A stretch of DNA of 64,000 nucleotides from Diadema antillarum (Eukaryota), in contig NW_027271262.1 in assembly GCF_040938485.1 (NCBI RefSeq), positions 1,798,001 through 1,862,000 on the forward strand, given 5' to 3'. Numbering within the stretch: the first letter of the stretch is position 1; the number at the start of each line of letters is the position of its first letter. Shown here in pieces: positions 50,659 to 61,261 of the stretch. Under the pieces are notes generated by a model. That model saw only the letters and a program-made list of their open reading frames with translations, made no database searches and was not told the origin of the DNA. Made by a program: the position numbers and the translations under genes.

Positions 50659-50937
50659 GAGGTGTGAATTTTCTTCAGTTTGTCTCCCTCTAGAAATGAA
50701 ATTTGTAAGATCACAACTGCTGATCTATAGTTTAATAAACATGTCGGAAAAGGAACAACAGGACTCGAACCTGACATCTATTGCTTTCCGGGCAGCGACA
50801 CTATCACCAGGCTGTCCCTGGTTGCCGGCAGTGACACGATGAACTTTGAACAAATACCCAAGCTCCGAAATTCCAACATTACTATGTTACGCAGTCCAAG
50901 TTGTAGAGGGAGACAAATTGAAGAAAACTCACACCTC
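50659..50937. mobile_element. Foldback element: 34-bp inverted repeats enclosing a tRNA-like core
   Basis: 50659-50692 and 50904-50937 match 32/34 as inverted repeats. The minus-strand core ~50752-50818 carries GGTTCGAGTCC and a GGGACAG/TTGTTCC acceptor-like stem. Confidence 0.65.
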
Positions 50938-51531
50938 AACCTTCACCCCTCTGCTTAGTATTCTTTTTCTTTCATATACATACATTCCTGTTCCAAAGAC
51001 AACTCAAAGTATCTCGTTGGTATAATGTCTAATCTCTGACACTTGAAGACACAGCTGCGTTGAGGCATTGTTTGTCATTATATTTCTCTAGAAACACAAA
51101 TATTAAAAAGTGCAGAGATGACAAAAAGATATCACAAGATGTTACTAAAGAGAGCGAGTAAAACAAATGATCTCACAAAGTAGTTCATAGATTATAATGA
51201 AGGGAATCACCCTTTGTCTGACAGGCAATGCTTGTGAAATTGTTCACAGATTAAAGTACACATGGAAGTAATCTTTACATATAATTATGTATATCACTCT
51301 ACGCGGCGTTCGGAATAATGTCACGCTGACAATTATCATAAACCGTTCCCACAGTGCAAGACGTAGTCACTATCTCAAAATTGCCTCTTTTTTCGTTTTT
51401 TGGTCGGTTTCTATTACATACTGACATAGCATCCATTTCTTTCTTTTTCAAATCCAGGTTGGGTGACTTCTAAAAGTTAAAGGACAAAACGCTCCGGGAG
51501 ACCACAGCTTGTGCAGTCTGTGGTAGGAATC

Positions 51532-53580
51532 ATGAAGAAATCGAAAGGAGACGCTCTATCGAGTCTCATCTTCTTCACAGCTCGAGTTAAGAACAAACGA
51601 GAGGACACAAAACTCGCATACCAGCTGAAGCAACTCGAACGCCACCTCGGACACACCTTCTTCGAAATCAACAAGGAGATTCGGGATCTCAAGAACGAAC
51701 TGAAGACGACGAGGAGAAGTAGCGGGCGATGTTCCGAGGATTGGTTCGGCGATGGGGACGACGACAATGGCATGTCGGTGGGAGAGCGACGACTGCCACC
51801 AGCGGAGAACTCTGGAAGAGCAGCTTCGTCAAAACTTGGGGGCAGCACGATCGAAAGAGGGCGCTTAGCACATCGCGCTTCTTCGGCCCCTACAAGCGAG
51901 GCAGCTCGAATGAGATGCAATGGTATTCGCAGGACGCGCGCAGTCGGGAAACGCCATCATCCGAACAGTTTTGAATCTCACAATAATGATGCGGAAACTG
52001 AACGACGCGAGGAGAAAGGCAAAGTCACAATAATCAGAAGACGCTCATCCACCATAACGAGTCTTAGTCGAGTTCGGCCTTCAGATATTTCCCCATATCT
52101 AAAAGCCTTGGAGCCGCTGACAGAAGAGAGGGAGACTGAACAAGACACTCACCACGCCGATTCGAGTGGTGACGAAATGAGAACTGGAACACATGCGTCA
52201 CTCGAGCGTTCGACTGGGAAAACTCAGCACCAAAGATTGGCAAAGAGAAATAGCTGGATGAGATTGTCAACAACACCCATAGACGCGGTGCAGAATTGTA
52301 ACACTGGCGACAGCAGGGTTACAGCGGTGCCCAACGAAAGTAAAGCTATGACAGAGAAGTTGGAGACCGAGCACAAAGACAGTGAAGTTGAGCGCCCTCT
52401 CTTGGCAAGGACACAGACAGACAGGCTGAAACCGGCCTTAAAATCTGAGGTTGAAATGTGCGACAGACACGCTGACAAACCTCGGAAGACAGTTCGTATC
52501 GCTACAGCTGAGTCCCAAGTATCTGAAGTATTAGAACCTATTTCACAAACCTGTGGTTCTGGTTCTTTGCGAAATCTGTCAGTGGGAAAACTCATGGCCA
52601 GACTTGCAAGAAAAGAAACGGAATCAGGGGGAACGTTCGTAACAGAGGCCCCGGTCAGCCCGTCCCCTGAACCAGTACCTATTAGGGCGACCCCTCCACT
52701 GCCTGGACCTAAACAAGACGGAGGAACGCAGCGCCTGAAGTCCCCGAACGTGATTCCCGACATTCGCAAAAAGGTACTTTCCGGAGAAGAGCTTGAACTG
52801 AAGAAAAAGAGAGATCGTCTGCTGGCGTGCTCCGTCGCAGCACTCCTTGGCGGGAAACCGTTGGAAAATCTAAAATCTGGAAACAGTACAGAAGAAGGAG
52901 AAAAAAGTAAGAAGGAACAAAACAACAGGCGATCATCAGTATCGTCCAGTATCGGTAGCGATGATGGACCGACGTCTCCTGCTCAAAGACGATCGAGTCT
53001 TAGGAGACGATTCAGCTTTCGCGCCATTTCCATGCTCTCAATTCGCCAGCAGAAGAGTATGACCATCGAAAAGAAGTCAACCCTGGGATCGCGACTTAAG
53101 ATCAAAGCACCCGCCGAGTCGATCGCGAGGAAGATCGATATCAAGAAGAGCGTAGAAGTACAGGACTCCGACTCGGATGAAGAGGACGTGGTACCGATCA
53201 AACCAGCGATTGATTTGAGAAACGTCAAATCGAAGATATCGAACCAGTGGAAGCAGGACGCAGTGGTTCTCGATAAACCGCCGACACTCGGCAACGACCT
53301 GCTGCAGCTCCAGCGATCACTGGCAGCCTCGCATTTGACCCGAGAACGAGATCTGAAAGCCATGCAGGAGGAAAACGACGTCGATCCCATGAAGGTGATC
53401 GACGACAATCGGCAGTCGGCCATGATGTCGAAATTCCGAGCGTTCAATCGACTGATGCAGGCAGGCCAGAGCCAAGAGAGTCGAAGAAAGAGCGTCATTG
53501 ATGCTATCCATTCAGGAGCAGACGGCCAACAAATCTTGCGATTGTTCCGTCGCTTAGACAAAAGGTCATCCCCACCTTGA
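51532..53580 (+). CDS. Uncharacterised 682-aa basic, Ser/Arg-rich, largely disordered protein with N-terminal coiled coil (possibly CCDC190-like)
   Basis: A 2 kb uninterrupted ORF in otherwise stop-rich DNA. Strong acceptor (CATTTCTTTCTTTTTCAAATCCAG|G) at 51457/51458, in-frame TAA at 51478-51480, then first ATG at 51532 (ATCATGA). Heptad-like segment LAYQLKQLERHLGHTFFEINKEIRDLKNEL. Confidence 0.75.
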   Translation: MKKSKGDALSSLIFFTARVKNKREDTKLAYQLKQLERHLGHTFFEINKEIRDLKNELKTTRRSSGRCSEDWFGDGDDDNGMSVGERRLPPAENSGRAASSKLGGSTIERGRLAHRASSAPTSEAARMRCNGIRRTRAVGKRHHPNSFESHNNDAETERREEKGKVTIIRRRSSTITSLSRVRPSDISPYLKALEPLTEERETEQDTHHADSSGDEMRTGTHASLERSTGKTQHQRLAKRNSWMRLSTTPIDAVQNCNTGDSRVTAVPNESKAMTEKLETEHKDSEVERPLLARTQTDRLKPALKSEVEMCDRHADKPRKTVRIATAESQVSEVLEPISQTCGSGSLRNLSVGKLMARLARKETESGGTFVTEAPVSPSPEPVPIRATPPLPGPKQDGGTQRLKSPNVIPDIRKKVLSGEELELKKKRDRLLACSVAALLGGKPLENLKSGNSTEEGEKSKKEQNNRRSSVSSSIGSDDGPTSPAQRRSSLRRRFSFRAISMLSIRQQKSMTIEKKSTLGSRLKIKAPAESIARKIDIKKSVEVQDSDSDEEDVVPIKPAIDLRNVKSKISNQWKQDAVVLDKPPTLGNDLLQLQRSLAASHLTRERDLKAMQEENDVDPMKVIDDNRQSAMMSKFRAFNRLMQAGQSQESRRKSVIDAIHSGADGQQILRLFRRLDKRSSPP

Positions 53581-54401
53581 ACTCAAACATTCTTATAAGT
53601 TCTTTCAAGAGTTCTATTAATCAATTATTTTCTTTACGATTGGTTTTCTCTTTTCAAGTGGCTGCATTATTATCAGAGTCAATTTTACAGACAGAAAGTA
53701 GGTTCTCTTTTGTACATCAAATACACACACCTACAACTCTGAGCCTTCTTATGGGTAGAAACTAGACAGTTGTAAAACACATGGTCATCTCGAAAAGGAA
53801 TATTGATTATTTTCTCAGTACCTATTTACAGAACAAATATTGTTTTATTTTACTGTATCCATCGTTCTTGTACATCATGGCCATTAAGCTATTCAAATGT
53901 TTTAGACGTTAGAAGGGTTTTGTTTCTGTGAATTGTCTGCCTTCTTGTGCCGAATAATTCCGTGTTTCATCTTACCGTTGAGATGAGAAGACCTATTTTA
54001 ACCGGATATCGTGAGGAACTCAAACAAAATGAAATCTATGTGAGATCATACATGACTACACCAAATGATGAGATGAATGACGTAACGTGAAGATCGAACA
54101 AAGAACAAAATAATTAACTACTGGATGATGTAACTTTTCTTCAAAAATCCTCACATTGCATGGTGACTGATATTTGACCTAGATCTATGATGGAGTAAGT
54201 AGAAGACGATTGTACTTTCCTAATGGAAATCGAATACAGGCGAAGTCAATCTTAATGAAACAAAGAAACATTTTAGTTCATCTTGTTTTCATTGAAAGGG
54301 TCTATAGGTTCAAAATGTCATGAGGTGAACTGCTACAATTTCTTGTTTAATATCAAACTTACTGAATTTCTTGAGACGCGTGAGACGGTATTTTTACTTA
54401 A

Positions 54402-54782
54402 AGGGATCGTATAGTTTTGGTTGAGACCTAATTTCAAGTTTCTAGCATTTTTTGTGAGATAATGAGAAACCTCTTGTGAAATATGAAAGAGTATGTAATT
54501 CCATGAGGAATTCAACGTTTATTTGATGAAAATTGGTTTTGAAATGGCTGAGATATCCAAAACAGAGCGATTCTAATAAAGTGTGGGACCCACATTTTAT
54601 TACGATTACTTTGTTTTACTTTGTTTTTGGATGTTTCAGTCATTCCAAACCCGATTTTCATCAAATAAACTCTGAATTCCTCTTAAAATGGTATGTTCTG
54701 TACTATTTTATGAGTGTTTTCTTAGTATCTCGCAAAAAGTTAAAAGCACAATTCTCATCTCCACCAATACTGTACCATCCCT
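54402..54782. mobile_element. Kolobok-type MITE, copy 3
   Basis: TTAA|AGGGATCGTATAG...CTGTACCATCCCT|TTAA, with the same internal arms. Confidence 0.85.
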
Positions 54783-54884
54783 TTAATCACTACCATATGT
54801 TGCTTACTTTAATAATGGAGAAATAATAATTCCTCGTCTTGCCGCAAATGATCATGAAAGGTTTTTCCCAGTTTGATGATTCAA

Positions 54885-55113
54885 TAAGGTCTTATTTACC
54901 CAGGGTAGCCTCTTCGGTGTTGCCACTGCTCTACCAGAGGGCCCTGCTATTATCATTACCCTAGCGTTGCCAGGTACCCATTTTATACACGTGGCTCGAG
55001 AGGGACACAGCGGGTAAAAACATCTTGTCCAAGGACGTAAGCCCTGGGCGGGATTCGAACTCGGGTCCTCCGATCGGGAGTCGGGAGTATTATCCACTAT
55101 GCCACAGCCTCCC
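54885..55113 (-). mobile_element. Same SINE family, copy 3, full length
   Basis: Minus strand reads GGGAGGCTGTGGCATAGTGGATAATACTCCCGACTCCCGATCGGAGGACCCGAGTTCGAATCCCG, then the shared body through GAAGAGGCTACCCTGGGTAAATAAGACC. Confidence 0.87.
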
Positions 55114-56980
55114 ATATTTCTTTTTTATAATCGGAATTAGTTGTAATATCACAGGAATACTGCTTTGACAACGAAACATTGGCAGTCCAGGCAACTGCCA
55201 GAATAGCCGTTTCCGCTGATGAAGAATGCATGTCCGTTTGTGTAGAGATATCTTGCCTTCAGACATAATCAAGTCGGCATTGCGTGGGGCTTGTAAGATC
55301 ATACCTTGCCTGTGAGGAACATACATAGCGCCATCTATGTCTGATCTTAGAAAACTGATGCGTTCCGCTCAACTCCGTTGATCTCTTTTAACTAGTTACT
55401 TATTATAGAGAATTAGAGATCAAAGTTCTACTTTACAATCAACTGCCTCGTACGTACGGCAATGAAGAAAATGCCTCTAATCTTTCGATTTGTGTACTAA
55501 CATAAAGCGGAATGTCGACATAATATGCTTTAATTTTCATGACTGAATTACAGTAATAAGGGCAAACAGCATTCTTTCCCCATTGGCTGGCGTACTTCAT
55601 TCCATGTTTGTGGTGAAGAAAAGCTGTAGCTGAAGATGATGAAAAGAGAGACTGTTCGTGTTTGTCGGATTTAACGTTTACTTTGGTTTCATCTTATACT
55701 CAAAGCAGATTTTGATAAATCTATATAGATTATGGACAAAGGTCTGTAAACGTGTACATCATTTGGGGTTATCACGCAGATGAATTTAGTTTTGCTGAAT
55801 TTTGCTCAACTCTTATCTGTATCTTCTCACATCATAATTACTCCTCTCATCTCGAGACTTGTATGAAATTGTTGCATGAGTAGAACCATTTGCTGTTACA
55901 TATAAGCCATTCTTGCATGTAATGCTCCTGAGTTTTTGTTTTGCTTTGCTTTTGTTGTTGTCTTTTTTTAATTTGATACTGTTCAAGTTCGTTGTTGCTG
56001 TTTTTATCGTCACTGAGTAAACATCCATTGTGTGGGTGACCATGCAGCTCTTGGCTATTCCGTGAGGTTGATGTACGCCCTCTCCGGTCTACATGAGATA
56101 ACTGAACTTGGTAAGATGGGGACCTTGCGCGAACTCTCCGTATCTAATTGAAAAGTCGTGTTTGCCGTTGGTGGCAAAGTGCTTGGATCAATGGCACTGA
56201 AAATGATGCCAGTGATGAAAAAAAATATACATTCATGCAAATCTGTATCTATGTCGTTGTTATACATCTTTCACTGGAGTGCGGATTACAATCACTCTGT
56301 GCGTGTGTAAGTAGGCAAATGCCTTTATGTGTGTATTAGTGATTTGTGTGTAAATGTCGTGCGTTATATGTGTGTGCGTGTGTGTGTGTTTGTGTGTGTG
56401 TGTGTGCGTGGATAACTGTTGTCTGGCTTTATCTTCAAATCCGCACTCTGTCAATAGATTAGAGAACAGAGTATATATAGAAGAGTAACGACGACGAAAA
56501 TGACGAGTATCATAACAACGCGCATGGTGCATGACATGGTGATAATAATGATGTCGATGTGATGGTGACAAAAGTGGTGCTAATGACAATCCTCATGGTC
56601 GTAATAGTAGTAGCAGTAGGAGCAAAGTGGAATATCAGATGTGTTTGTCACCATAATTTCTATAATCATACACTTTTCAGGCATCAAGAAAGAGCAATGA
56701 AAACATCTACTAGTTCTTGCTTTAAGTCATTTGTTAAAACATTATTTGTTTGTTTGTTGCAGAAACATTTAAAAGTTCCATAATTTGCAGAAGTACGGCC
56801 GGAAGAAGTCTGGAAGTCAAATTTTCGAGATAAGATTCAAGCTAATAATCCATATTATTAGTAGCTGATATTTCCCAAAAGTAACATATCAAAAACGATC
56901 ATTTAAAAAAAAAAAAAGATGTATATCGTGAAAGATAGTGATAGTGACAATTATATAACATATGTATATATATATATATA

Positions 56981-57428
56981 CCGTATGTCCCCCCAAAAAA
57001 AGATTACAACGAGGCCCTCCGCGATGATATCTTTAAAAATATTGCATCAATCTAAATACAAATTCAGGGTATGTAACTACATGTATATCTCATTGCCCAC
57101 ATCTTACAGAAAACCCCCTTTGATTTGCTTCAGTGGTCAAAGAGAAATGAGGAATTTTGTAGAGGATGTCGGGAATCTCTTCCCTCCAAGTTCTGTCTAT
57201 TATTCACTCACAAGAGCATTGAAGTGCTAAACTTGGAAGAATCAAACTCATGACATGCTTTATAACAATCTACATTTCTCTGTGACCGCTTAACCAAATT
57301 GAACGGGGTTTTCTGCAAAATAGAGCTAAGATGTTATATTTTAAGACCCTGAAGTAGCACTCAGACAGGTCAATCATATTGGGTGTTATCAATTCAAAAA
57401 TCTGATTGTAATTTTGGGGAACACACTG
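56981..57428. mobile_element. Tc1/mariner-like MITE next to a (TA)n tract, followed directly by a short related fragment (57429-57511)
   Basis: Left end CCGTATGTCCCCCCAAAAAAAGATTACAA versus reverse complement of the right end CAGTGTGTTCCCCAAAATTACAATC. The second fragment starts CAGTATGTCCCC and carries TTGATAACACCCAATATGATT, the inverse of 57372-57392. Confidence 0.65.
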
Positions 57429-57570
57429 CAGTATGTCCCCCCCCCAAAAAAAAATAACAATTTTTTTTTTCGCATTGATAACACCCAATATGATTAACTT
57501 TTTAAATACTGTACTGTATATAAACAAAGAGAGGGAAAACTGAACAGAAACAAATAATGAATAGTGAAAA

Positions 57571-57649
57571 CTTTGAGCAAAGAAAATATGTTTTCATCGG
57601 GATTCGAACCCGAGACCTCCGGATTACTAGACCGGTGCTTTGCTCAAAG
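57571..57649 (-). repeat. tRNA-Thr(AGT)-like 3' fragment between 12-bp perfect inverted repeats
   Basis: Minus strand CCGGT-CTAGTAA-TCCGG-AGGTCTCGGGTTCGAATCCCG, flanked by CTTTGAGCAAAG / CTTTGCTCAAAG. Confidence 0.55.
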
Positions 57650-57668
57650 ATATATATATATATATATA

Positions 57669-57917
57669 TGAAGAGTTTGTTTGCAAAAACCGATAAGTCC
57701 ATTTTTGAAGATTTTGAAGTACGGTATCTGTCATAAAATACAAAATAATACCTTTTAAATGATATATTGGTCACTATACACACAGGTACATTTTTGAAGT
57801 TATGGTCAAAAGAAGCAAAAATTGTCTTATTATTCTCTTAATTTTTCTTGACCTTTAATAGCAAATATCTCCATTTGACAAATATGGACTTATCGGTTTT
57901 TGCAAACAAACTCTTCA
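57669..57917. mobile_element. 249-bp MITE with perfect 33-bp TIRs embedded in (TA)n
   Basis: TGAAGAGTTTGTTTGCAAAAACCGATAAGTCCA (57669-57701) and its exact reverse complement (57885-57917), with (TA)n on both sides. Confidence 0.85.
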
Positions 57918-57919
57918 TA

Positions 57920-57980
<61 letters not shown>

Positions 57981-58006
57981 ATGTGTGTGTGTGTGTGTGT
58001 GTGTGT
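57918..58006. repeat. (TA)n + (TG)n compound microsatellite
   Basis: Direct reading. Confidence 0.9.
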
Positions 58007-60853
58007 CAAGTCCTTGAATCTGGTATTCGTAAGCTCCTCGGATTCTTCAAAATGTACTAATGGAATGTTTTGAAAAACAATGTTGAATGGAATCACAAGG
58101 TTTCGGTATCGGCTATTGATAAGATTTGCTTCTGGAGAGCAAGTAGACGAAACCCTTGAGATACCACATACAGGAAATCATGCCTTCCATGCGACTGTCG
58201 CCCAAGTCTAGCATATAATGTGACCACGCCCAATCACAATCGTCTGGACTCGAACGAATGACATTAGTTACAGAAAATATTCATATTCTAACACGACTAA
58301 AAACAAGCGCTAATCACATGTTGAATCAAGATTGGTTGATTTTGTGCTATCGAATTGAAGGGGGTAACAAAAGTATAGTTGTTAAATCATGATGGCATAA
58401 AAAACAGTATTCTAGGTTCGTTGAGAAGGAAAGAGATAGAGTGAAAAATATCTCTATTTCTCTTGAGTGCCTAATCTGTCACCCGGTTATCATATCTTTT
58501 AGTGGACCTTTGGCTTGTTAATTCTGTTGACTTTGTTTCAGTTATCCTTACTGTAACAAATCAAAATCAATTGCTTACAAAGAAATAAAATCGAAATCAA
58601 TCACAGGCAGTTAAAAAAGAAAGACAAATTATAACCGTGATACTCATTCTTTGCTTGACAAATTTCCCTGTTTCTTCATTGTTTTATCACGTATTCTCCT
58701 TCCCTGTTTCGTTACTATTTTCTTTCCTTCGATTTTGGTCCTGTTTTCCTTAGTTTCTTCTTTTCTTCTTCTATTCCTTCCTTTCTCACTGTGTCTGTCT
58801 TTCTGTCTACTTATTATCTATCATGTTGTAGTTTGTGCATTTCGTAGCAACCATTTTATCATTCACGCAGTTCTATCTCCGTTTTTGTTACAGCCTTGAC
58901 TATCATACCATGGAACAAACAATGGGGAGATTGTGTGAACCCATGTCATGACCTAAGGTAAACAAGCCCATCTTAGCGTCATTGTCACCAAACAACGTAA
59001 TATTCCCTCGTTTGAAGAAGGCCGGAGGGTGGAGGCTAGATAGCGGTGAAGAGTTTGGAAAATGACCCCTTTGAATCAATCTTGAAAGTGCATTTTACTT
59101 ATTTATGAGATGAGCGCGTTGCTCGCATCTTCCTGATCGCATTATCAGCACGTTTTGTTGCTTGTAATGACCATTTACGTACAATGCCAAAGCACTTGTA
59201 TATGTGGTGAAGAGTCAAGTAAATTATTGGCAAAACTATACAAGATAGCCTTGTCAGTGACATTGTCGGAAATAATGATCGCCAAATTTAGGGCACGTGT
59301 TGAACTGCGATGAGTTAAAGACTCTCCGCCGGAGGGTTGAAAAAGGTAATTAGATGCCCCTTAAATTGATATGAATGCTTTGTTGTGGGTGGATATCAAA
59401 CGGTCAAAGAGAGGATCGACGGTAGACCTGATGCGCAAAGAGGGAAAATGTTAAAGAAAGTTGTGATGGTGGTCGTTCGACACACGTGCGATTAAACGAA
59501 GCAGAGGAGAAGGTGTGTGTGTGGGGGGGGGGGGGGGGGCGAGGAAGGGGTGGTATTCAAGAGGGTTAAATGGGAGCAAGCTTTGCAAAGATGGATTTTT
59601 CACGAAACCGCAGGCAAGACATTTCCGAAGTCAATAAAGATGCGTCGTGGAGGGCTTTTAATGGGTAAAGGAGAGGGGTTATCAAAGGGCAATTCTTTTT
59701 TTTATGTCAGTTTTCTATTTTTTCTTTTCGTTTCGTAATATAAAACAGTAAATGACAAGTGCAGACGCTTTGTATGGTATTTATATGAATGTTTCATAAT
59801 ATCCGTTAAAAAAAAAAGCCGTTGATTTGTATAGAGGGAAGAAATAACAAAGATAACAGAAAGCATGCGAGGGAGGAAAAGGATAGATAATGAGGAAATG
59901 TGTACAGAAGAACGAATCTCCTCTTCAGAGAAGTAACTAGGAATAAGACTGCCTTTCTCTCTATTTTTTTATTCGGAAGTTTCATCTATTTTATAAAGAA
60001 AGTATCCCAGCTCCCAGCTCAGGACAGAACAGAAAGAGAATACAAGAAAAAGATGGGAATCGAAGATGGAAAAAAAGTAGAACATATTATAAACTTAAAT
60101 ATATATCACTGTAGAAATCTGCTATGACATTTTGAAATTTAACTGAGTCTGGTATTTATAATACGCTTTGTTTCATGGCCATTTGAACGCATAACGAATA
60201 AAGTGAGTTCGTGAAGTTTTGTTCGCTGGAGGAGGCACGGGCATAAAGAAACGGCCGATAGCTACCGGCGCAGAGATTTTCTTTCACCCGCTAAATGCGC
60301 GTATTTTGAAAAGGTGACACCCAATAGCACGCGCTTTAAATGCGTTGGCACAAAACCCCATCAGGAAAACAAATTGGTGGCGTTCGTAACAACAGACGGC
60401 TTATGGTGGGGAAAGAAAGATTTAGGGATGGAAACGAGGGGAGAGAAGGGGAGAGAGAACAAGAAGAACGACAGAGATAGACAGAAGGACGTCAAGAGAA
60501 AGAGAGACAGACAGACAAACGGGAAGAAAGAGTAAAGAGAGAAAACGACTGATAGGACAGTAATAGAGTATTACGTGTATGCTCATTTGTGAATTTTGCG
60601 AGTCAGTGTGTATTGTGTGTACCAGCCAAGAACACAAAGAATGAAAGAATGAGAAAGAATGACGGACGGAAGGAGAAAAAGAAAGAGAAAAGGAGTGAAA
60701 GAGGGAGAGGAAGAGAATATAAGGAAGAACAGATTTTAACTGTGTCAGGCGTGAGTGAACTTCTCAACTGATGAGATTAAGTCACTTCTTTGCCGAGACG
60801 GTACAATCACCAAAATATACAGCCGAAAGTTCTGACTGTATTGGCGTAAAGTC

Positions 60854-60891
<38 letters not shown>

Positions 60892-61223
60892 CTGTCGATC
60901 TTTCACTCAGTCCCATGCAAATGTTTTACACAAACTCTCTCTCCGCTTGATGCATAATCATTATGGGCATACTGGGTAACAAGGACCTGTTTCCTTTATA
61001 TGGTTACTGTTTGTGGAGGAAAAAAAAAGAGAAGAGAATCTGAATGTATGTCAGCAACCATTTCGCTGATTCCTTGAGGGAATGTAATAGAATATACAAG
61101 ACGACAATATATCATGCAATGTTATTAAGAAAATGCGGCAAGCAAAATAGACAAGAGTAGAGATATGTTCAGTTACCTTTTCTTCCTCACTCTTTTTAGC
61201 CTGTGTGTTTACGACTTTGTGTT

Positions 61224-61261
<38 letters not shown>

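Noticed and set aside
52224-53561. 233-aa and 192-aa minus-strand ORFs
   Set aside because: Shadows of the 682-aa + strand ORF, which has the acceptor, start context and continuous frame.
4871-57649. Functional tRNA genes at 4871, 9582, 50752, 55040-55113, 57595
   Set aside because: All have broken stems, non-canonical loops or missing arms, or are SINE heads.
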